From: an uncultured delta proteobacterium
GTDB lineage: Bacteria; Myxococcota_A; Polyangia; Polyangiales; Polyangiaceae
Direction of reading: 5' to 3'
Length of the DNA stretch: 64,000 nt
Assembly (NCBI GenBank): GCA_963841435.1
Contig: CAWJCS010000005.1
Span: 1,216,001 to 1,280,000, forward strand
This document shows positions 51,372 to 61,758 of the stretch, in pieces; positions within the stretch are counted from its first letter, which is position 1; each line of letters begins with the position of its first letter. Both the position numbers and the translations under genes were made by a program. The notes under the pieces are model-generated. The model was not told the origin of the DNA and did not search any database. It saw only the letters and a list, made by a program, of their open reading frames with translations.

Positions 51372-51481
51372 GGAGCGGGGAGCCTACACGACCCCCGACC
51401 GTCCGCACCCGCGTTTTGTGGGCGGCTCGCGCTCGCGGAGCGGGAGAGAGTGACGCGCCGCTCGGAGCGCGTCAGCTCAAG

Positions 51482-52513
51482 TCAGCGCCGTCGGCGGGTC
51501 TCGTCGAAATCGGTGCCGACGCCGCGCGCTTCGTCCTGCCAGATGCGACGAGCGCGAGCGGCCCGCGCCTTGCGCGCACCGAGATGCTCGCGCGGCGTCG
51601 TCCCGAGGAGCTTGCGATACACGCGGAAGAACTGCGCATAGCTGCCGAACCCGGCCTCGAGCGCGGCTCGCAGCAAGCTGTCGTTGCCGCGCTGCACGGA
51701 GCGCAGGAAGCGTTCGATGCGCAACCGGTTCCGGTATTCGACCAGCGAAAGGCCCATCTCGTGCTTGAACGAACGCGCGAGGTGGCCGGGGCTGATGCCC
51801 ATCTCGTGCGCGATGCGCTCGCCCGTCACGACGGGGTCGCGCTCGAGGGCGCGGAGCGCGCGCTGCGCCAGCGTCGAGGGTTCACCGGATTCGGGCAGCG
51901 GGCGCCAGCCAATCCCGTCGCGCCGGTGAACGAGCAGATTCGCAAGAAGGCCACAAAATACTGCCGCCCGTGCCTGCTTCCCCGCGTCCATCGACACATG
52001 AGAGATGGCGGTGTCGTTGTACATGACGCCAACCAGATCGCCGCTGGACACCAGGGGTGTAACCGCCAGCCAGCCGTGCCCGATCACGACGCTGCGGTCC
52101 TCCTCTTCTGCGAAGTGGCGCACGTCGTCGAAGTAGAGCCAGAGGGCACCGTTGTGTTGGGTGCGAAGGAGCGCCTCGTGATCGTCCTCGCTGCACTCGT
52201 GATGTAGTCCGCGCTCATCCGTTGTCTCACCTTGTGCGCCAGTGCCCCAGGTGCCACGAAGGATCTGCCGCGGCGCACCCGGATCGCGCAGGTAAAGCGC
52301 CACGCGCTCCAAACCGATGCGTTCGCGCGCGAGCTCGACGGCGCGCTTCAGCATCTCGTCCGGCTCGCGGTACTGGACGAGCTCATCGACGGCGGCGAGC
52401 AGGCCCATCACCTCTTGCCATTCGGAGCTCGAGGGCGCGCGGGGCTCCGCTGGCTCACCCCCCAGGGCCAAGGACCGACTCAAGAGACGACTGGGACGGA
52501 TCTCGAGTGACAT
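51482..52513 (-). CDS. AraC-family regulator with an N-terminal GAF-like domain
   Basis: GISPGHLARSFK...YRNRLRI...AALEAGFGSYAQFFRVYRKLLGTTP; GLERVALYL...WLAVTPLVSSGDLVGVM. Confidence 0.85.
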   Translation of the reverse strand: MSLEIRPSRLLSRSLALGGEPAEPRAPSSSEWQEVMGLLAAVDELVQYREPDEMLKRAVELARERIGLERVALYLRDPGAPRQILRGTWGTGAQGETTDERGLHHECSEDDHEALLRTQHNGALWLYFDDVRHFAEEEDRSVVIGHGWLAVTPLVSSGDLVGVMYNDTAISHVSMDAGKQARAAVFCGLLANLLVHRRDGIGWRPLPESGEPSTLAQRALRALERDPVVTGERIAHEMGISPGHLARSFKHEMGLSLVEYRNRLRIERFLRSVQRGNDSLLRAALEAGFGSYAQFFRVYRKLLGTTPREHLGARKARAARARRIWQDEARGVGTDFDETRRRR

Positions 52514-52711
52514 GGTGGTTGTGCACAAAGTATTACCTCATCGCAGGCCACCGGGCGACGCCTGCGTGCATTTCTGCTGGAGGCTGGGGCTCGACGCCGC
52601 GGAGGCGGCGTGGCATCTGAGCGCGTTTCCTTGAAGAACCCGCTGAAACGACCGGGCAACCGGGCGCCGAATGCGCGACCTCGAACGCCCCCGCTCGGCC
52701 AATTTTACAGA

Positions 52712-54184
52712 ATGGCTGCGCGGGCGTTGGGACTTGCACTGCTCCCATCGCTGGTGGGGGGGTGCGCCGCGGACGCAGGCGGCGAGGCGCCTCCCGGCAA
52801 TCCGGGCGCCGCGGCGACCGTGGCCACCGTCGAGCTCGGGACGCGCGAGCAGACAATCGACGGGTTCGGCGCCTCGAGCGCCTGGACCGCGCCCGACCTT
52901 TCCGACGAGCTCTCGGACGAGCTCTTCTCGGTCAACCGAGGCATCGGGCTCTCGCTCCTCCGCTTGCGCATCGCGCCCGACGGCACCACCGGGGAGCTCG
53001 AAACGGCGAAGAAGGCCATCGAGCGTGGCGCGCGCGTCTGGGCGAGCCCGTGGTCGCCGCCCGGCGAATGGAAGACGAGCGGCACCGCCGAAAACGGGGG
53101 GGCGCTGCTCGCCGCGCACTACGACGACTGGGCGGAGCGACTCGCTTCGTTCGCGGCATCGTGCGAGGAGCAGGGTGTGTCTCTGCTCGAGCTGTCGGCG
53201 CAGAACGAGCCGAACTTCGAAGCGGGCTGGGAGACCTGCAAGTGGCAGCCCGGGGAGCTCACGCGATTCATCGGCGATCACCTCGGTCCCGCACTGGACG
53301 CCCGCGGCGTCGACGTGCGTGTGCTCGCGCCGGAGACGCAGGACTGGCGGACGCTCGCCGAGTACGCCGGTCCGTTGCTCGACGACGCGGCGGCGAGCTC
53401 CTACGTCGGGGTGATCGCCGTCCACGGTTACGACGGCGCGAATCAACCCTTTCCGAGGGCGGCCGAGAGCGGCCGAGAGCTCTGGGTCACCGAGCTCGAC
53501 GACAACCTGCGCGGCGACCAAAGCTCGGGGTTCGACCCCGGCATGAGCTCGGGCCTCAAGGTCGCGCAGAAGCTCCACGACGACCTGGGCGGCGCTCGCG
53601 CGAGCGCGTGGCACTACTGGTGGCTCATGCCACGCGGTGACTTGCCGCTGCGCGACAACGGCGCCCTCACCGACGGCGAGAGCCTCACGCGGCGCGCGTA
53701 CGTGCTCGGAAACTTCAGCCGCTTCGTACGGCCCGGATTCGTACGAGTCGACGCCACGAGCGCGCCCCAGCGCGACGTGCGCGTGACGGCGTTTCGCGAC
53801 GCGCCGGGCGCCAGGCTCGTGATCGTGGCGACGAACCTGGGGTCGTCGGACGTGAGCCAGGGCTTCGCGGTGGCGGGCGGCACGCTCGACAGCGTGACCC
53901 CGTTCGTCACCTCGGACGCCTTCGCGCTGGAGGAAGGGACTGACGAACCCGTGGTCGACGGCTCCTTCACCGTGACGCTCGGCGCCCGCAGCGTGACGAC
54001 GTTCGTCGCCGACGTCACGGAAGCCGCAGAACCGCAGCCGCCGCCCGCGCCGGAACGACAACCGCAGCCCGTCTCGACCGAGTCGGGCTGCTCGTGTCGA
54101 ACCGCGGGCCCCCGCGCCGGCGCGGCGCCGCTAGTCGCGCTCCTCGCGCTGCTGTTCGCGGCGCGACGGCGGCGGAGCGCCTGA
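52712..54184 (+). CDS. GH30 (glucurono)xylanase-like hydrolase with a lipobox and MYXO-CTERM tail
   Basis: QTIDGFGAS, WASPWSPP, AQNEP, LWVTE, WHYWW, NFSRFVRPG; ends SGCSCRTAG...LVALLALLFAARRRRSA. Confidence 0.88.
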   Translation: MAARALGLALLPSLVGGCAADAGGEAPPGNPGAAATVATVELGTREQTIDGFGASSAWTAPDLSDELSDELFSVNRGIGLSLLRLRIAPDGTTGELETAKKAIERGARVWASPWSPPGEWKTSGTAENGGALLAAHYDDWAERLASFAASCEEQGVSLLELSAQNEPNFEAGWETCKWQPGELTRFIGDHLGPALDARGVDVRVLAPETQDWRTLAEYAGPLLDDAAASSYVGVIAVHGYDGANQPFPRAAESGRELWVTELDDNLRGDQSSGFDPGMSSGLKVAQKLHDDLGGARASAWHYWWLMPRGDLPLRDNGALTDGESLTRRAYVLGNFSRFVRPGFVRVDATSAPQRDVRVTAFRDAPGARLVIVATNLGSSDVSQGFAVAGGTLDSVTPFVTSDAFALEEGTDEPVVDGSFTVTLGARSVTTFVADVTEAAEPQPPPAPERQPQPVSTESGCSCRTAGPRAGAAPLVALLALLFAARRRRSA

Positions 54185-54195
54185 GGCGCGTGCCC

Positions 54196-55338
54196 ATGGA
54201 CCCAGCGCTCGTCCCGGCGCTCTACGACGCACTCACCGTGGCGCGTCTCGGCTCGGTCGCCGCGGCCGCGAAACGGCTCGGCAAGACGCCATCGGCCGTA
54301 AGCCAGCAAATCCGTCACCTCACGGACGCGCTCGGCGTGCAGCTCTTCGAGCGCCGCGGCCGGGGGCTCGCGCTCACACCGGCAGCGGCGCAGGTGCTGC
54401 CGGCGGCGACGCGCTTGTTCGACGAAGCCGAGACGGTGTTCCGCCTGTTCGGCGAGCTCGAGGGCACGGCGACGACGACGCTCAGGCTCGCGGCGAGCGA
54501 CTACCTCGCACGCCCGCTACTCGTGCCGGTGCTGCGCGATCTTGCCGCGCAGGGGGTGCCGCTCCACTTCGAGATCTCGACGGTGCACTCCGAGGAAGCC
54601 CTCGCGCGGCTCGAGCACGGCGACGTCGAGCTCGCGATCGTCGCATTTTCGGGCAACCGAAGCGGGCTCGAGGCCCGCGTGCTGTTCGAGCAACCGTTCT
54701 ACTGGGTCGGACCGACGCGACCGGGCGCCTCGCGCGGTCTGGTCGAGCGCCTCCTTTCAGGCGAGCCGCTGCTCAGGCTGGCGCCGGGAAGCACGGGCCG
54801 GAGGCTCCTCGACGGCTTCGTCACCGATCGTGGGATACGGCCGCGTTCGACGATCGACGTCCCGAGCGTTTCACTGCTGCTCGCTTACGCCATGGGCGGC
54901 GTGGGTGTCGGCCTGGTACCGGGGCTCGCGCTCGGCGACGGCGCACCGCGCGGCGTGACGGTGGAACGCGCGAGCGTCCCCGATCTCCCGGTACGGCTCG
55001 CGATCCGCGCCCGGCAACGTCCAGCGCCGGCGGTCGAGGAGTTCATCGAGCGGCTCGAACGCGAAGCCAACGCACTCAGGCCCCGGCTCGCGGCGCTGCC
55101 GGGCGCGACCGGTGGCCGCCACCCCGGCGCGCGACAAGCGCGTGCGACGCCGTCGCTGACTCAGAACAGCACGAACTCGGAATCACCCGCGGAGCCGCCG
55201 CGGCCCGCCTGGCTCGCGCCGGCGCTCCCCGCGGAGCCGCCGAAACCGCCGGTCGCAGCTGAGCTCGTGCCACCGGTCGCCGCGGGCACGCCCGTCTCCA
55301 CGGCGCCGGCCTCGCCACCGCCACCTTCGTCGTCGTAA
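54196..55338 (+). CDS. LysR-family transcriptional regulator (true stop possibly 55159)
   Basis: GSVAAAAKRLGKTPSAVSQQIRHL...LFERRGRGLALT. The ORF overruns the convergent gene by ~178 bp; an out-of-frame TGA sits at 55157-55159. Confidence 0.85.
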   Translation: MDPALVPALYDALTVARLGSVAAAAKRLGKTPSAVSQQIRHLTDALGVQLFERRGRGLALTPAAAQVLPAATRLFDEAETVFRLFGELEGTATTTLRLAASDYLARPLLVPVLRDLAAQGVPLHFEISTVHSEEALARLEHGDVELAIVAFSGNRSGLEARVLFEQPFYWVGPTRPGASRGLVERLLSGEPLLRLAPGSTGRRLLDGFVTDRGIRPRSTIDVPSVSLLLAYAMGGVGVGLVPGLALGDGAPRGVTVERASVPDLPVRLAIRARQRPAPAVEEFIERLEREANALRPRLAALPGATGGRHPGARQARATPSLTQNSTNSESPAEPPRPAWLAPALPAEPPKPPVAAELVPPVAAGTPVSTAPASPPPPSSS

Positions 55339-55430
55339 CGCCCGCCGAGCCGGTGTCGCTCCAGGCAGGCCACGGCGAGAGGCAGCGTCAGGACGACGCC
55401 GAGCGTCCACAGCGTGCGCGAGCGGGCCAC
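55161..55430 (-). CDS. Short lipoprotein (signal peptide plus Gly/Ser linker only), last gene of ECF module 2
   Basis: GTG start immediately after the anti-sigma stop; LWTLGVVLTLPLAVAC lipobox; Gly/Ser-rich remainder. Confidence 0.55.
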   Translation of the reverse strand: MARSRTLWTLGVVLTLPLAVACLERHRLGGRYDDEGGGGEAGAVETGVPAATGGTSSAATGGFGGSAGSAGASQAGRGGSAGDSEFVLF

Positions 55431-55431
55431 G

Positions 55432-56367
55432 TCAGTCGAGCTCCCCCGCCTCGAACAGCTCGCGCAGGCGCGCCGCGTAGCGGCTGCTCGGCTGCGCAGC
55501 AATGAACGCACGCGCGTCGCGCCTGGCCGCTTCGCGCTCGTCGAGCGCAAGCTCCGCCTCGACGCGCAGAACGACGACCTCCGTCGCCAGCACCCCGCCG
55601 GGCCAGCGCTCCTGGTAGCGCTTGAGCTGCGCGAACGCGTCGTTCGGCCGCCCCTGGCGCAGCGCTTGCCGGGCCTGGTCGACCATCGAGACTTCCTCGG
55701 CAATCGAAACGCCGTGGCCCGACGACTTCTTTGCATCCGACGGCGCGCCCTCGGTCACCTCGTTCGCCGGCGGTGACGGGGCCGGGAAGGCGGCGCGCGC
55801 CTCCGGAGGTTGCACGGCCGGTGACAGCGGCGCGACGAGCGCGCGCTCGACCGCGGCGTTGGGCTTCTCGCCCGCGGTGCGCCCGGCGATGAGCGCGGGC
55901 GACGGCGCGCGAGGCGGCGAAGCTTGCGGCTCACCCGCTGCGGCCTCGACCGGAAAGGCCGCGACCGGGGGCCCGCCGGGGGGCACCTCGCGCGGCGACG
56001 GCGTCGGTTCGGCACGCTTCGGCGCCGTGGCGGGCGCGACGGCGCCCGGTGCCGCGGGCGTGCCACGGTGCAGCTCGACGCGTGCGCCGTGAACGGGCTG
56101 TCGGGTCAAGAGCACGGTGCCCGCTCCCGCGCTCATGACGCCGAATGCGCCCACCACCACCCACTTCGACCCGGCGGCGGCCAGCGCGCGAGCCGCGACC
56201 CCGGTCGCCGTGGAAGCAGCGGCGAGCGGCGCGGTCGCCGTGAGACCGACGCCGAGCGCCGCCGCCGCGCGTTGGGCGGCACCCCGCGCGGGCACGTCGC
56301 CGCGCCCCGCACCGAGCAGCGCTCGGTCGAAATCGTCGAGATCCGTGTCGCCGGACGCGTCGCTCAC
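55432..56367 (-). CDS. Putative anti-sigma factor (single TM, Pro-rich linker, TPR-like C-terminus)
   Basis: GTGA-coupled to sigma; RALLGAGRGDVP; EVSMVDQARQAL...WPGGVLATEVVVLRVEA...FIAAQPSS; homologous to 10873..11613. Confidence 0.7.
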   Translation of the reverse strand: MSDASGDTDLDDFDRALLGAGRGDVPARGAAQRAAAALGVGLTATAPLAAASTATGVAARALAAAGSKWVVVGAFGVMSAGAGTVLLTRQPVHGARVELHRGTPAAPGAVAPATAPKRAEPTPSPREVPPGGPPVAAFPVEAAAGEPQASPPRAPSPALIAGRTAGEKPNAAVERALVAPLSPAVQPPEARAAFPAPSPPANEVTEGAPSDAKKSSGHGVSIAEEVSMVDQARQALRQGRPNDAFAQLKRYQERWPGGVLATEVVVLRVEAELALDEREAARRDARAFIAAQPSSRYAARLRELFEAGELD

Positions 56368-56969
56368 GGCACCCCCTCGAGACTTTCGCGCATGCGGGCG
56401 GCGGCCCGGTGAAAGGCCTGTCGTGCACGCCTCAAGCGTGACGCCACCGTGCCGACTGGAATGCCGCACGTCACGGCAATCTCCTTCTCGGAGAAGCCCT
56501 CGAGCTCGAACAGCACGAGCGTCGTGCGCAGCTCGTGTGGCAGCTCGTCCAGAGCGCGATCGAGCAGCTCCCTCAGCCGCCGCTCCTCGAGCAACACTTC
56601 CGCGGACGGCGTCGTCGACACCGCGGCGTGGACCGCGGCGTGATCGGCAACCTCGTGACGTAGCGCCGACGCCCGACGTCGATTGGCCGCAACGCGCATC
56701 GCGATGCCGAAGAGGTAGCGAAGCTCCTGGCCGTCACGGATCTCGTCCAGCCGGCGCGCAAAGACGATGAACACCTCTTGCGTGGCGTCTTCGGCGGCAC
56801 TCTCGGGCACTCCGAAGCGTCGCACGGCGCGCCACACCGCATCGAAGTGCCCCGTGAGCAGTCGCGACAGCCGCGCCGGGTTCTCCCGGGCAACATCGAC
56901 TCTCGCTACCGGCTCCTTCCCCTCGTTCACGAGGATCGCGGGGAAAGAGAAGGTCACCTCCGGACGCAT
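56364..56969 (-). CDS. ECF RNA polymerase sigma factor
   Basis: AEDATQEVFIV, YLFGIAMRVA, LFELEGFSEKEIA...PVGTVASRLRRAR. Confidence 0.92.
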   Translation of the reverse strand: MRPEVTFSFPAILVNEGKEPVARVDVARENPARLSRLLTGHFDAVWRAVRRFGVPESAAEDATQEVFIVFARRLDEIRDGQELRYLFGIAMRVAANRRRASALRHEVADHAAVHAAVSTTPSAEVLLEERRLRELLDRALDELPHELRTTLVLFELEGFSEKEIAVTCGIPVGTVASRLRRARQAFHRAAARMRESLEGVP

Positions 56970-57008
56970 CGTACCTCCGCCGGGCAACACCCCAGGCAGC
57001 TCCGATTA

Positions 57009-58235
57009 TCACTCGAATACGGCCAGGACGCCAAGGCGGCTCGAGAAGCCCAGGGCGGGCACCTCCAGCGCCGTCGTGTCGGGGCCCTGGGGATCGAAGT
57101 AGAATTCGTGTCTTATCAGCGGAACCACGAGGCCCCCCTCGGCGAAAAAGCCGAGATGGCGGAGCAGCCGTGCCCCGACACGGCCCATCGCGCCGAGCGC
57201 CACCCAGCGCGCGGAGACCTGATCGGGCGCGGAGGTCGCCTTGCCAATGCCCTCGAGCACGCCCATCTCCGCGAAAGGGCAGGGCCGCACGTCGATGACC
57301 GAGACCTTGGGGAACCTCAGCGGACAGAAAAGGAGCCGGGCCCCCGAGAAACGAAATTCACCCGTCCCGGACGGCGTCGACACGCTCGTCGTCTGAGTGC
57401 GCGTGATCGACACCTCGAGCAGCGGGCTCACGAAGCTCGTGCGCCCGAGCTCCACGGTCACCGCGAGGGCGATGCCCACCGCGAGCTCGGGGGTCGTGGC
57501 CCCCTCGAGGGCGAGGCCTGGGCCGAAGCCGAACGCCCAGCGTCCCAGTTTCCCCGCGTTCGGCTGCTCGCGAGCTTTGGGCCCGGCGCTGATGACGGCC
57601 AGAGCAAGCGGCGCACTCGCCCTCGCGGGGGGTGGCGCCGGCCTCGGCCGCGCGGGGCGAGCTTTCGGAGCTTTCGGGGGTGAAGCCGGTGGCGCGCGGC
57701 GCGGTGCCGCACCGACGGCCCGCGGTGCGTTCGCCCGGGGCCGACGAGCCGGCGCGCGCGTGCCCTCTTCGGCGCCCAGTCGCGCCACGCCGGCGGCTCC
57801 ACCGCCTCCTCCCTCGTCGCCCGGCGCCATACCCGGCGGCAAGGGCTCGAGCGACGCGTTCGGGTCAACCAGCACTGCGGCAATGAGCGCCATCGCGGAC
57901 ACCACTTCCTGACAGGTCGCGCCGGGGACCTCGCGCTCCGTGAGCGTTCCGTCGGGCTCTTCGACGGTGAGCCGCCCGAGCGGCCGCTTCGCGCTGCCCA
58001 CCAACTCGACGCGAAAGACGACCGCGCGCTCACCGGCCCGCGCTTCGCGCACGCGGTCGGTCCTGCGCAAGAGTTGCACCCCAAACGTTTCACCACTCGG
58101 ACAGGTGGCGCCTGCCACGCTTTCGACGCGAATCGGAGTCCGCGGCTCGGCGGCACCGGCGCGCGCGAGAGACACGAAACCCACCGCGAGACCCGCGAGG
58201 ACGCCAAGCAGCCGACCCGCGACCGGCCCTGCCAT
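57009..58235 (-). CDS. Exported protein: Cys N-domain, Pro/Arg linker, probable OM beta-barrel (ECF module 2)
   Basis: Signal peptide, ATCPS...REVPGATCQEVVSAMALIAAVLVDP, strands including LLFCPL...VRPC, ends LGVLAVFE. Confidence 0.65.
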   Translation of the reverse strand: MAGPVAGRLLGVLAGLAVGFVSLARAGAAEPRTPIRVESVAGATCPSGETFGVQLLRRTDRVREARAGERAVVFRVELVGSAKRPLGRLTVEEPDGTLTEREVPGATCQEVVSAMALIAAVLVDPNASLEPLPPGMAPGDEGGGGGAAGVARLGAEEGTRAPARRPRANAPRAVGAAPRRAPPASPPKAPKARPARPRPAPPPARASAPLALAVISAGPKAREQPNAGKLGRWAFGFGPGLALEGATTPELAVGIALAVTVELGRTSFVSPLLEVSITRTQTTSVSTPSGTGEFRFSGARLLFCPLRFPKVSVIDVRPCPFAEMGVLEGIGKATSAPDQVSARWVALGAMGRVGARLLRHLGFFAEGGLVVPLIRHEFYFDPQGPDTTALEVPALGFSSRLGVLAVFE

Positions 58236-58305
58236 CCTGACGACCGTTAGCACCGCTCCGAACGGCCTGGGATTCTGCTAACGTCCCGGGCCCGCGAGCG
58301 TCGGT

Positions 58306-59871
58306 ATGAAGATTGGAGTGCCCAAGGAAATCAGGCCGGGCGAGCGCCGCGTCGCCGCCACGCCCGAGAGCGTGAGCCGCCTCATCAAGCTGGGCTTCGA
58401 GGTCTCGCTCGAGAAGGGGGCGGGAGCGGGCGCCGCATTCGCCGACGCCGACTTCGTCAAGGCCGGCGCGACCATCGTCGAGAGCGCGAGCGCGCTCTGG
58501 TCGACCGCCGACATCGTGCTCAAGGTCCAACCGCCCGAGCAGCATCCCGGCCTCGGGCACGAGGCGGACCTCTTACGCGAAGGCGCCGTGCTCGTCAGCT
58601 TCTTGTGGCCCGCGCAGAATGCCGATCTCATCGAACGGCTCAAGAAGCGCAAGGCCACCGTGCTCGCCATGGATCAGGTGCCGCGCATCACGCGCGCCCA
58701 GAAGATGGACGCGCTGAGCTCGATGGCGAACATCGCGGGGTACCGCGCCGTCATCGAGGCCGCGAGCTTCTACGGTCGCTTTTTTACCGGGCAGATGACG
58801 GCCGCCGGCAAGGTACCCCCGGCGAAGGTGCTCGTCATCGGCGCGGGCGTCGCGGGCCTCGCGGCCATCGGCGCGGCCCGCGGCCTCGGCGCAATCGTGC
58901 GCGCCTTCGACACTCGCGCCGAGGTGCGCGAGCAGGTGCAGAGCATGGGCGCCGACTTCCTCGAGGTGTCCGTCGCCGAGGAGGGCTCCGGAGTCGGTGG
59001 CTACGCCAAGGAGATGAGCCCCGCGTTCATCGCGGCCGAGATGGCGCTCTTCCTCGAGCAGGCCAAAGAGGTCGATATCATCATCACGACGGCGCTCGTG
59101 CCAGGCAAGGCCGCGCCCACCCTCATCACGGAGGACATGGTGCAGGCCATGCGCCGCGGGTCGGTGATCGTCGATCTCGGCGCCGAGCAGGGCGGCAACT
59201 GCGCGCTCACGCGGCCGGGCGAGGTCGTGGTGCGCAACGGCGTCACCATCGTCGGCTACGTGGACTTGCCGAGTCGGCTCGCGCCCACGGCGAGCCAGCT
59301 TTACAGCTCGAATCTGACGTACCTGCTCGCCGACATGGGCGGCGCCAAGAGCTTCCACGTCGATCTCGAGGATAGCGTCGTGCGCGGCGCGCTCGTCCTG
59401 CGTGACGGCGAGCTCATGTGGCCGCCCCCTCGGCCCCCCGCGCCGCCCCCCAGGCCGGCGCTCGAAGCGAAACGCCTCTCCGCGCCTCCTCCGATCGCCA
59501 CCAAGGCGGGCGCCCATGGCAGCGCCCAGCGCGGTGGCTCCGTCGGCGTGCTGCTCGCGGCGCTCACGGCACTTCTGCTCGCGGGCTCCTTCGCCCCGCG
59601 TGAGTTCGTCGAGCATCTCACGGTGTTCGTGCTCGCGTGCTTCATCGGCTGGCAGGTGATCTGGAACGTGACCCCGGCGCTCCATACGCCGCTCATGAGC
59701 GTCACGAACGCCATCAGCGGCATCATCGTCGTCGGCGGCATGCTCCAGCTTTCGGGCGACCTCTCGTCCCCGGTCACGGCGCTCGGCGCGCTCGCCGTGC
59801 TCGTCGCCACCATCAACATCACGGGCGGATTCCTCGTCACTCAGCGCATGCTGCGCATGTTCCGGAGGTGA
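58306..59871 (+). CDS. pntA: NAD(P) transhydrogenase subunit alpha
   Basis: [52 protein letters not shown]. Confidence 0.97.
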   Translation: MKIGVPKEIRPGERRVAATPESVSRLIKLGFEVSLEKGAGAGAAFADADFVKAGATIVESASALWSTADIVLKVQPPEQHPGLGHEADLLREGAVLVSFLWPAQNADLIERLKKRKATVLAMDQVPRITRAQKMDALSSMANIAGYRAVIEAASFYGRFFTGQMTAAGKVPPAKVLVIGAGVAGLAAIGAARGLGAIVRAFDTRAEVREQVQSMGADFLEVSVAEEGSGVGGYAKEMSPAFIAAEMALFLEQAKEVDIIITTALVPGKAAPTLITEDMVQAMRRGSVIVDLGAEQGGNCALTRPGEVVVRNGVTIVGYVDLPSRLAPTASQLYSSNLTYLLADMGGAKSFHVDLEDSVVRGALVLRDGELMWPPPRPPAPPPRPALEAKRLSAPPPIATKAGAHGSAQRGGSVGVLLAALTALLLAGSFAPREFVEHLTVFVLACFIGWQVIWNVTPALHTPLMSVTNAISGIIVVGGMLQLSGDLSSPVTALGALAVLVATINITGGFLVTQRMLRMFRR

Positions 59872-59879
59872 TGAGCGAC

Positions 59880-61298
59880 ATGTCGCAGAGCTTCGTCACC
59901 GTCGCGTATCTGATCGCCGCCGTGCTCTTCATCCTGAGCCTCGGCGGCCTCAGCAACCAGGAAACGGCGCGTCGCGGCAACGTCTACGGCATCGTCGGGA
60001 TGCTGATCGCCGTGCTCGTGACCGCCGCGAGCCACCTCTCCGGGCTCGGCGCGCTCGCGGGCGCCGTTCTGTGCGGCGGGCTCATCGGCGCGGTGCTGGC
60101 GGCGCGCGTTGCCATGACGAGCATGCCCGAGCTCGTCGCCATCCTGCACAGCTTCGTGGGGCTCGCCGCCGTGCTCGTCGGCGTCGCGAGCTACCTCGGC
60201 ACGCCGGTCGAAGCCGGCTCTGCCGAGGCGCTCATCCACGAGATCGAGGTGTTCGTCGGTGTGTTCGTCGGCGCCGTCACCTTCACGGGGTCGATCATCG
60301 CGTTCGGCAAGCTGCGCGGCATCATCGGCAGCCGCCCCCTGTTGCTGCCCGGTCGGCACTTGCTCAACGCCGTCGCGTTCCTCGGTTGCGTGGGGCTCGC
60401 GATCCCGTTTCTCTCGGCAGCGCCTGGCGCCGACCTGCGCTCGCTCGTCGAGCTGGCGGCGATCGCCGGGCTCCTCGGCATCCACCTCGTGATGGCAATC
60501 GGCGGCGCCGACATGCCGGTCGTCGTGTCGATGTTGAACAGCTACTCGGGCTGGGCGGCCTCGGCGGCGGGGTTCATGCTCGGTAACGACCTCCTGATCG
60601 TCACGGGCGCGCTCGTCGGTTCGAGCGGCGCCATCCTGAGCATCATCATGTGCCGCGCCATGAACCGCTCGTTCCTGAGCGTGATCCTCGGCGGATTCGG
60701 CGCCGACGAGGGCGCGGCCCCCGCGAAGCGCGGTGACCAACCGGCGGGCGAAGTCGTCCCGATCACCGCCCCCGAGACGGCTGCGCTGCTCCTGCGGGCG
60801 AAGAGCGTCATCGTCGTACCGGGCTACGGCATGGCAGTCGCCCACGCTCAGTACCCCGTCTACGAGATTGCGACCCTGCTCAAGGGCCGCAACACGCCGG
60901 TGCGCTTCGCGATTCACCCGGTCGCGGGTCGCCTGCCGGGCCACATGAACGTGCTGCTCGCCGAGGCGAAGGTGCCCTACGACATCGTGCTCGAGATGGA
61001 AGCCATCAACGAGGACTTCCCCGAGACGGACGTCGTGCTCGTCATCGGCGCGAACGACATCGTGAACCCCGGCGCGCTCGACGACACGACGAGCCCCATC
61101 TACGGCATGCCTGTGCTCGAGGTGTGGAAGGCGAAGACCGTCATCGTCATGAAGCGCAGCATGGCGAGCGGCTACGCGGGCGTCGAGAACCCACTCTTTT
61201 TCCTCGAGAACACCCGGATGCTGTTCGGCGACGCCAAAAAGAACGTCGACGCCATCCTGACCGAGCTGCGCCAGGCTGGCGCAGCCGCGGCCGAGTAG
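59880..61298 (+). CDS. pntB: NAD(P) transhydrogenase subunit beta
   Basis: [63 protein letters not shown]; alternative ATG 59871. Confidence 0.97.
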   Translation: MSQSFVTVAYLIAAVLFILSLGGLSNQETARRGNVYGIVGMLIAVLVTAASHLSGLGALAGAVLCGGLIGAVLAARVAMTSMPELVAILHSFVGLAAVLVGVASYLGTPVEAGSAEALIHEIEVFVGVFVGAVTFTGSIIAFGKLRGIIGSRPLLLPGRHLLNAVAFLGCVGLAIPFLSAAPGADLRSLVELAAIAGLLGIHLVMAIGGADMPVVVSMLNSYSGWAASAAGFMLGNDLLIVTGALVGSSGAILSIIMCRAMNRSFLSVILGGFGADEGAAPAKRGDQPAGEVVPITAPETAALLLRAKSVIVVPGYGMAVAHAQYPVYEIATLLKGRNTPVRFAIHPVAGRLPGHMNVLLAEAKVPYDIVLEMEAINEDFPETDVVLVIGANDIVNPGALDDTTSPIYGMPVLEVWKAKTVIVMKRSMASGYAGVENPLFFLENTRMLFGDAKKNVDAILTELRQAGAAAAE

Positions 61299-61758
61299 TT
61301 AGCCGCGCCGCGCCCGAGCGAGACAGCCTGCGCTCGGCGCGCACGGTCGCGCGAGCTCGTCAGCGGGTCTCGATGGAGTGCGGCCGGGTCCCCCAGGTGG
61401 CAAGTGCCACCGTGGAGACGACGACCACTCCGAGCAAGAAGCCAACCAGAGCGTCGCGAGCGAGAGTCTTCGCGTTGGTCACGGTCCGGGGGCTAAGCAA
61501 CGACCGTGCCCGGCCCTTGCCCCACCGATCAGCGCGTTCTCGGGCCACTTGGTTGCCAGGCTGTGCCAGCGACACGCCCCGGGGGTGGCAATGGAGTCAC
61601 CGTCGCCCGCTCGGGACGGCGGGGTCTGGGGACGACGGGTGGACGACAGGTGGACGGGGCTGTGGGAAATGGGGCGGGTCCTGTGGCTCGGCGGGGGGCG
61701 TCCTGTGGGAGTCCTGTGGACTTTTTTGCGAAGTCGTCACGGTCCGGTCCCGGGGCCG

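Noticed and set aside
61655-61725. Replication origin (DnaA boxes)
   Set aside because: No box matches TGTGGATAA closely, there is no AT-rich unwinding element, and no dnaA/dnaN context.
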